Source of the DNA: Opitutales bacterium
GTDB lineage: Bacteria; Verrucomicrobiota; Verrucomicrobiia; Opitutales; Coraliomargaritaceae
Direction of reading: 5' to 3'
Assembly: GCA_049598495.1 (NCBI GenBank)
Contig: JBMYNR010000007.1
Span: forward strand, 1-32,159
DNA: 32,159 bases
Under the pieces are notes generated by a model. It searched no databases. It saw nothing but the letters and a program-made list of their open reading frames with translations, and was not told the DNA's origin. The stretch's first letter is position 1; every line of letters begins with the position of its first letter. A program made the position numbers and the translations under genes. Below, piece after piece: positions 26,775-32,159 of this stretch.

Positions 26775-27222
26775 AACTACGAAAACCGCGAAATACGCGA
26801 AACATGAGCACAAACATTGTTTATAAAGACGAAAGCTATCGAATCATTGGCGCTGCATTCGAGGTTTACAAAGACAAAGGATGTGGCTTTCTCGAAGCGG
26901 TTTATCAAGAGTGCTTGGCAATCGAGTTAGAGGTCCAATCAATTCCTGCGGTAGAAAAATCTCCACTTAGGCTTGAATATAAAGGCCGCGAGCTAAAGCA
27001 AAAGTATGAACCCGATTTTCTCTGCTTTGGCAAAATCGTAGTCGAAATCAAAGCAGTGAAATCTCTAATCGACGAACACCGGGCGCAAGTGGTAAACTAC
27101 CTCAAAGCTACCGGAATGGAACTGGGTATACTTATCAACTTTGGCCATTTTCCAAAGGTTCAGCACGAAAGGTTTGTTAATCAGCCGTCGTAGTTTTCGC
27201 GTGTTTCGCGTGTTTCGTAGTT
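26775..27222. mobile_element. Candidate inverted-repeat-bounded GxxExxY cassette
   Basis: Arms at 26775-26802 and 27195-27222 (25/28 complementary) each lie 1 bp from the start or stop codon of the enclosed gene. Mobility is inferred. Confidence 0.6.
26804..27193 (+). CDS. GxxExxY protein (PD-(D/E)XK nuclease-like), 129 aa
   Basis: GFLEAVY motif, PD-FLCFGKIVV-EIK catalytic-type motif, QVVNYLKATG.ELGILINFG tail. Confidence 0.92.
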   Translation: MSTNIVYKDESYRIIGAAFEVYKDKGCGFLEAVYQECLAIELEVQSIPAVEKSPLRLEYKGRELKQKYEPDFLCFGKIVVEIKAVKSLIDEHRAQVVNYLKATGMELGILINFGHFPKVQHERFVNQPS

Positions 27223-27233
27223 AATCCCTCTCA

Positions 27234-29132
27234 ATGAAGAAGCTCATCTACAGTATCGTATTCGGCTTGGCGGCTCTCATCCTGGTCGAGGGGTTCCGGT
27301 CCACCTCCGTCCAATCTGAGTTCGACGTGGAGAGCTTCTCTGAGCTACCTGTTCAAGTCGGTGGCCGGATCAAACCACTCGATTCCGTGGCGCGAAACAC
27401 CCTCTTGATTCTGTCAGCCCGACAGAAAGTGGTGACCCCGGAAGGCGTCAGCCTATCCCCGATTGAGTGGTTCATGGATCTAACCATGCGGCCGGAACTG
27501 GCGGACACTTACCGCGTCTTCAAAATCGAGTTTCCCGATGATCTCGGCCTCGCGGGCCTAGCCCAGCAGGGCCAGCGTTACTATTCCTATAACGATTTGC
27601 TACCCTTCTTCGACGAGATCCGGGAAGCGTTTTCCAAAATCGATCCTGAACCGCAGAAACGGAATGCTTATGAGCGCCAAATCTCCGATTTAAATGAGGG
27701 GCTCATGCGCTACCATCGGGTCATGCACTCGCTTCATCCAATTGGCGGTAGCGAACGCCTCGACCGACTCGTCGACGAATACCAGAGCTATCAGGCCACC
27801 ATCCGGCCGGGCATGGTTGAACTGCGCAGGCAGCAAGCGGGCGAGGAGTTCGACGGAGCCGTTCTCAATCGCTTCATCGCCTTTGCGGATGACTACCTAA
27901 AACTCTCACAAACTGCCCTCCTTCGCGTGGTGCCCCCACCCCCGCCCGTTGACCCGATGGAGGACTGGAAAAACATCGGGCTCGAGCTACTCGACCTAAT
28001 GAAGGGCGACCCCCTCAGTCCCTACGTAACGACCTACGCCTCTCTCACGATGGCCTACCGAACAGACGACACGGAGACATTTAACAAAGAGGTTAGTGAG
28101 CTGCGCCAGCGCTTTATCGCGGACTTTCCGCAGGACATCGACCGCGTGCACTACGAACGCATCTTCAACGCCTTCCAGCCTTTCTACATCTCAATACTTC
28201 TCTATGTCCTTATCTTCCTTGCCGTCTGCATCTCTTGGCTCCGCTGGCCGGAGGAACTGACAGGGGCCGCATTCTGGGTGCTTATATTGGCATTCGCCAT
28301 ACACACCTTCGGCCTGCTCTCACGAATGTATATTCAAGGCCGCCCTCCGGTTACAAATCTCTACTCCTCCGCCGTCTTCGTGGGCTGGGGCGCCGTTCTC
28401 CTCGGCGTTTTCATTGAGCGCTTTTTCAAAAACGGCATCGGTGCTGCGATGGCTTCAATCGTCGGCATCTCTACCTTGATTATCGCCCACCATCTCGCGA
28501 TGAGTGGTGACACCCTGGAAATGATGCGGGCCGTATTGGATTCGAATTTCTGGTTGGCGACGCATGTGATCATTATCACCTTCGGCTATTCAGCTATGTT
28601 CCTCGCCGGTGCGCTCGCCATCATCTTTGCGATCTTTGGCCTTTTCAATCGTCGGTTCTCGAAGGAGCAAGCACGCTCTCTGAGCGCCATGGTCTATGGG
28701 ATCACTGCCTTTGGCGTGCTCTTCAGTCTTGTGGGCACCATTTTGGGTGGCATCTGGGCGGACCAAAGCTGGGGTCGCTTTTGGGGCTGGGATCCCAAGG
28801 AGAACGGCGCCCTCATGATTGTTTTGATGGGTGCGATCTACCTACACGCCCGCTGGGGCGGAATCTGCCGGGAACGTGGGCTCATGGTGCTTGCTATCTG
28901 CGGCAACATCGTCACCGCTTGGTCCTGGTTCGGCACAAATCTCCTCGGGGTGGGGCTGCATTCATACGGCTTTACCGACAGCGGATTTTTCTGGCTCGTC
29001 GGATTCTGGATGAGTCAAGCTGTGTTCATCGCATCCTGCCTACTTCCTTGGAAATACTGGCGCAGTGAATTTGGGAAATCGAACGACCGGAAAGAAGGTA
29101 AGCGTATCCTCATCGCGGCAGAAGACGTGTAG
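27234..29132 (+). CDS. ccsA: Cytochrome c biogenesis protein CcsA/ResC with a large N-terminal periplasmic domain
   Basis: WWD motif WADQSWGRFWGWDPKE, WLATHV, GLHSYG, and N-terminal GGRIKPLDS. Confidence 0.92.
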   Translation: MKKLIYSIVFGLAALILVEGFRSTSVQSEFDVESFSELPVQVGGRIKPLDSVARNTLLILSARQKVVTPEGVSLSPIEWFMDLTMRPELADTYRVFKIEFPDDLGLAGLAQQGQRYYSYNDLLPFFDEIREAFSKIDPEPQKRNAYERQISDLNEGLMRYHRVMHSLHPIGGSERLDRLVDEYQSYQATIRPGMVELRRQQAGEEFDGAVLNRFIAFADDYLKLSQTALLRVVPPPPPVDPMEDWKNIGLELLDLMKGDPLSPYVTTYASLTMAYRTDDTETFNKEVSELRQRFIADFPQDIDRVHYERIFNAFQPFYISILLYVLIFLAVCISWLRWPEELTGAAFWVLILAFAIHTFGLLSRMYIQGRPPVTNLYSSAVFVGWGAVLLGVFIERFFKNGIGAAMASIVGISTLIIAHHLAMSGDTLEMMRAVLDSNFWLATHVIIITFGYSAMFLAGALAIIFAIFGLFNRRFSKEQARSLSAMVYGITAFGVLFSLVGTILGGIWADQSWGRFWGWDPKENGALMIVLMGAIYLHARWGGICRERGLMVLAICGNIVTAWSWFGTNLLGVGLHSYGFTDSGFFWLVGFWMSQAVFIASCLLPWKYWRSEFGKSNDRKEGKRILIAAEDV

Positions 29133-29140
29133 GATCTTCA

Positions 29141-30052
29141 TCAAGCCCGCGGATGGGCCTGCTTATGGGCCTCCTTCAGCCGTGCAATGGAAACATGGGT
29201 GTAAATCTGCGTCGTCGATAGATTGGCATGCCCAAGAAGCTCCTGCACCGCACGTAGATCCGCTCCCCCGTCGAGCATATGCGTGGCAAAGGAATGCCGC
29301 AGCTTGTGTGGCGTCATATCGAGCGGAAGGCCGGCCGCAGCCAAATGGATCTTCAATCGCTTTTGAATCTGGCGCGGTTGCATGCGTTTCCCGCTTCGAC
29401 CACAAACAAGCGGCGCGCTGAGCCCAGCCTCAAGGTCAAATCGCTGGATGAAGGTTTTTAAGCACTGGAGGGCCACCGGACCAAGCGGACAAATACGTTC
29501 CTTACGCCCTTTCCCAAGCACGCGGGCCACTCCCTGCCCTAAATCCACCTGCCCATGGTTCAGGGCGCAGAGCTCACTCACACGCAAGCCGCCGCCGTAG
29601 AGCAACTCCAGAATAAGACTATCTCGGAAGGCCTCGAACTCCCCCAACTTTCCGTCCTTCCAAAGTAAAATGGGAGCGTTGAGCAAGCCGTGCATCTGCG
29701 CTTCTGTTAAAAACCTGGGCAGCGGCTTATCCAGCTTTGGCAGCGTAAGCCCCGTAAAAGGATTGTTGGCAACAAGCTCTTGCTTGAGGAGATAGAGGTA
29801 GAAAGTGCGTAGGCCGGATACGTGATTATGCAACGTGCGGCGCGCCTTGCTTCGCCCCTCTTCGATCAAAAAGGAACGCACTTGGGTGGACGTAACTCCC
29901 GAAAGGTCCTCTCGCCACTTGCCGGCCAATTCCAGATGACGGACGAAGTTCTCTACCGCCGCCCGATAGTTGCGCACCGTGTAGGGCGAGACCCGCCGCT
30001 CATGGGCGAGATAGTCGCAGAACTGGTCGAGATGTGGAATGGTTAGGGACAT
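29141..30052 (-). CDS. xerC: Tyrosine recombinase XerC-like
   Basis: GLRVSEL, GKGRKER, HKLRHSFATH, LLGH and TQIYTH motifs; ends HKQAHPRA. XerC versus XerD cannot be settled by eye. Confidence 0.85.
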   Translation of the reverse strand: MSLTIPHLDQFCDYLAHERRVSPYTVRNYRAAVENFVRHLELAGKWREDLSGVTSTQVRSFLIEEGRSKARRTLHNHVSGLRTFYLYLLKQELVANNPFTGLTLPKLDKPLPRFLTEAQMHGLLNAPILLWKDGKLGEFEAFRDSLILELLYGGGLRVSELCALNHGQVDLGQGVARVLGKGRKERICPLGPVALQCLKTFIQRFDLEAGLSAPLVCGRSGKRMQPRQIQKRLKIHLAAAGLPLDMTPHKLRHSFATHMLDGGADLRAVQELLGHANLSTTQIYTHVSIARLKEAHKQAHPRA

Positions 30053-30135
30053 TGTAGAACGCCTGCGAAAGCTGGTGTAGACTCAGATGCTGCCTATCAC
30101 AACGACTATCGTCGTCGTGCTACAAAATACCGCGC

Positions 30136-30921
30136 CTACTTCGCTAGCCCGAAGCGGTCGATCACTTCCTCGGCAAAATAGCGGTAGGCATGAGCACCGT
30201 TGCTTTCCGGCTCATATTCAAAAATCGACTGACCGAAGCTGGGCGCCTCACTCAAGCGGACTGAGCGTGGAATCGTTTGACGGAAGACCAGTTCATCGAA
30301 GTGGTTGCGCACCTCAGCAACGACTTGCTGGCCGAGATTGGTCCGTTGGTCGAACATCGTCATGAGAATACCGCCGAGCTCGAGGCCGTCATTGACACCT
30401 GCATCACGAAGCTTGTCGACCACCTTAAGGATCTGCCCGAGACCCTCCATCGCGAGATACTCGCACTGCAGGGCAATTAAGAGGAAATCAGCCGCCGCCA
30501 GACTGTTCATTGAGAGCATTCCCAGCGCAGGCGGGCAATCCAGTACAATCGCATCGAAATCGTCTGACTCACGTAAAGGTGACAAGATTTGACGCAACTG
30601 AAGGAGGTAGTTGTCTCGTTGATACAATTCAATCTCGATCGCGGCCATATCCACCTCCGACGGAATCACGTAGAGACAATCACTCGCCCCGACAGGCTGC
30701 ACCTTTTCGAGGGCCGAGCCCTGGCCGCAAAGCGGGCCATAGAGACTTCCGCCCTCGAGCTTCTCCAAGCCCAATCCACTGGTTGCATTCGCCTGCGGAT
30801 CGAGATCGACCAATACGGTTCGAACCCCCTTGCCAGCCAAGGCGTAGCTAAGGTTGATGGCGGTCGTCGTCTTGCCAACGCCGCCCTTCTGATTTGCAAT
30901 CGTGAATACTTTAGCGGGCAT
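30136..30921 (-). CDS. parA: ParA/Soj family ATPase
   Basis: NQKGGVGKTT, DLDPQANAT, DCPPALG and IPRSVRLSEAPSFG motifs. Confidence 0.9.
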   Translation of the reverse strand: MPAKVFTIANQKGGVGKTTTAINLSYALAGKGVRTVLVDLDPQANATSGLGLEKLEGGSLYGPLCGQGSALEKVQPVGASDCLYVIPSEVDMAAIEIELYQRDNYLLQLRQILSPLRESDDFDAIVLDCPPALGMLSMNSLAAADFLLIALQCEYLAMEGLGQILKVVDKLRDAGVNDGLELGGILMTMFDQRTNLGQQVVAEVRNHFDELVFRQTIPRSVRLSEAPSFGQSIFEYEPESNGAHAYRYFAEEVIDRFGLAK

Positions 30922-31136
30922 AGGTTGTTGATAGCCAAAGGAGAATGCCCGTCGAGCAGAAAGGGGTCCAAACCCGGCACCTCGTTGTCGTCAGAAAAGT
31001 TGCCACTGCGTTTTTCGCAGGGCATTCGCGCGAGTCAGGTCGACGTGCCTGGCCATCTCTACGACGGCACGGCTGGTGTCGCACACGGCCTCGTTTCATG
31101 ATCTTGAGCCTGACAGTAAATCGAATGATCCCCCGA

Positions 31137-31937
31137 CTAGGACTCCGTGAGCACCGGATTCCGAAGGACCCCTATACCCGTGATCTCAACCGTCACCTCA
31201 TCTCCGGGCTTCAGGAAGCGCTGTGGCGTCGCTGCCACACCCACCCCCGGCGGTGTGCCCGTAAGAATCACTGTGCCCGGCATCAGGGTTGTGCTCGCGC
31301 TAAGAAAGGAAATGAGCTCAGCCACGCTAAAAATCATATCCCCAGTAAAGGACTCCTGGCGCATCTCACTATTAAGAATCGTCCGTATCGGCAGAATCTG
31401 GGGATTCGGGATCCGGTCGGATGTCACAAGGATCGGCCCGAGCGGACAAAAGGTATCGAAACTCTTACTTTTGATCCATTGGCCGCCGCCATGAAAATTC
31501 TGCCAGTCACGCGCGCTCACATCATTCGCACAGGTGTATCCGAGTACATAATCCAAAGCGTCGGCCACGGAAACATTCTTGCATCGACGCCCAATGACCA
31601 CCGCCAGCTCACATTCATAGTCCACCTGGTCGCTATGAAGGTGGCGGGGCAGTAGAATCGGCTCCCCCGGATCGAGTATCGAGGTAGGACTCTTCATGAA
31701 AACGACCGGATATTCCGGCAGGTCTGCCCCCATCTCCAACGCGTGCTCTCGATAGTTCAGTCCGATCGCGTAGATCGCCGCAGGCACCACCGGAGCGAGC
31801 CGCCGCAGCGGCTCCAGTCGCTCATTACCTTGAGAGAATTCTCCGTAGAGATCACCCTCCAGGCGGTAGACGTGATTACCCACTTCACAGCCATACTCCA
31901 CTCCGCCGGCGCGGGTCTCTACGCGAACAATTTCCAT
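31137..31937 (-). CDS. Fumarylacetoacetate hydrolase family protein
   Basis: [32 protein letters not shown] and TGTPPGVG motifs. Confidence 0.93.
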   Translation of the reverse strand: MEIVRVETRAGGVEYGCEVGNHVYRLEGDLYGEFSQGNERLEPLRRLAPVVPAAIYAIGLNYREHALEMGADLPEYPVVFMKSPTSILDPGEPILLPRHLHSDQVDYECELAVVIGRRCKNVSVADALDYVLGYTCANDVSARDWQNFHGGGQWIKSKSFDTFCPLGPILVTSDRIPNPQILPIRTILNSEMRQESFTGDMIFSVAELISFLSASTTLMPGTVILTGTPPGVGVAATPQRFLKPGDEVTVEITGIGVLRNPVLTES

Positions 31938-32030
31938 TTATAAGCACCATTACTTGAAACCACCACAGCGCAAATTTTTTCTTGCTTTGGCCTATTCAAG
32001 AACCTTTATTCCGCCCCTTCCCAAGCACAT

Positions 32031-32107
32031 GGGGGCGTAGCTCAGTTGGTTAGAGCGCATCCTTGACATGGATGAGGTCGCTGGTTCGACTCCAGTCGCT
32101 CCCACCA
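32031..32107 (+). tRNA. tRNA-Val(GAC)
   Basis: Acceptor stem GGGGGCG/CGCTCCC, anticodon arm CATCC-TTGACAT-GGATG, T-loop TTCGACT, encoded CCA. Confidence 0.98.
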
Positions 32108-32133
32108 TGCTTCGCTCTACGAGCTACGCATGG
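32105..32133. repeat. Short hairpin repeat (CTTCGCTCTNCGAGCTNCG family) overlapping the tRNA-Val CCA
   Basis: CCATGC-TTC-GCTC-TAC-GAGC-TAC-GCATGG; the outer stem begins with the tRNA CCA. Confidence 0.65.
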
Positions 32134-32159
32134 CACAGCCATGTGTAGATTGTAGCTAA

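Noticed and set aside
29141..30052. The tyrosine recombinase as the integrase of the tRNA-Pro island
   Set aside because: It is about 300 aa with XerC/D signatures, lacks an arm-binding N-terminal extension, and sits 12 kb away among core genes.

Overview
Bacterial chromosomal segment. Gene content and repeat families suggest Verrucomicrobiota (Opitutales-like), which is an inference only. The core backbone carries: a stand-alone CcoI/FixI-like N-terminal protein, a single-chain E1a-E1b-lipoyl-E2 2-oxoacid dehydrogenase, a soluble hybrid kinase, an SLC10 symporter, TonB, efp, a nucleotidyltransferase, tRNA-Pro(TGG), a TPR/TPR-like/ExbB operon, CutA, a GlcD-like oxidase, ychF, a system II cytochrome c biogenesis cluster, xerC, parA, an FAH-family protein and tRNA-Val(GAC). 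A decayed, integrase-less accessory region of about 7 kb (9603-16718) hangs off the 3' end of tRNA-Pro. It contains Fic-MerR, an AAA/DUF4143 ATPase, a phage-like remnant, HipBA and a broken primase-helicase. It is punctuated by 4 extra tRNA-3'-end-like sites and a 162-bp structured direct repeat. The most notable signals are: (1) a GxxExxY PD-(D/E)XK gene filling the loop of a 28-bp, 9-bp-periodic inverted repeat, dropped between two cytochrome c biogenesis genes (candidate minimal mobile or intervening cassette); (2) the tRNA-linked repeat array and a primase gene cut at a tRNA-like microhomology; (3) a Fic-MerR fusion preceded by a MerR-type 19-bp-spacer promoter; (4) an EF-P with a non-canonical Arg32 loop; (5) a REP-like palindrome read in frame inside a signal peptide. 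All family calls come from motif recognition by eye; no database searches were run.
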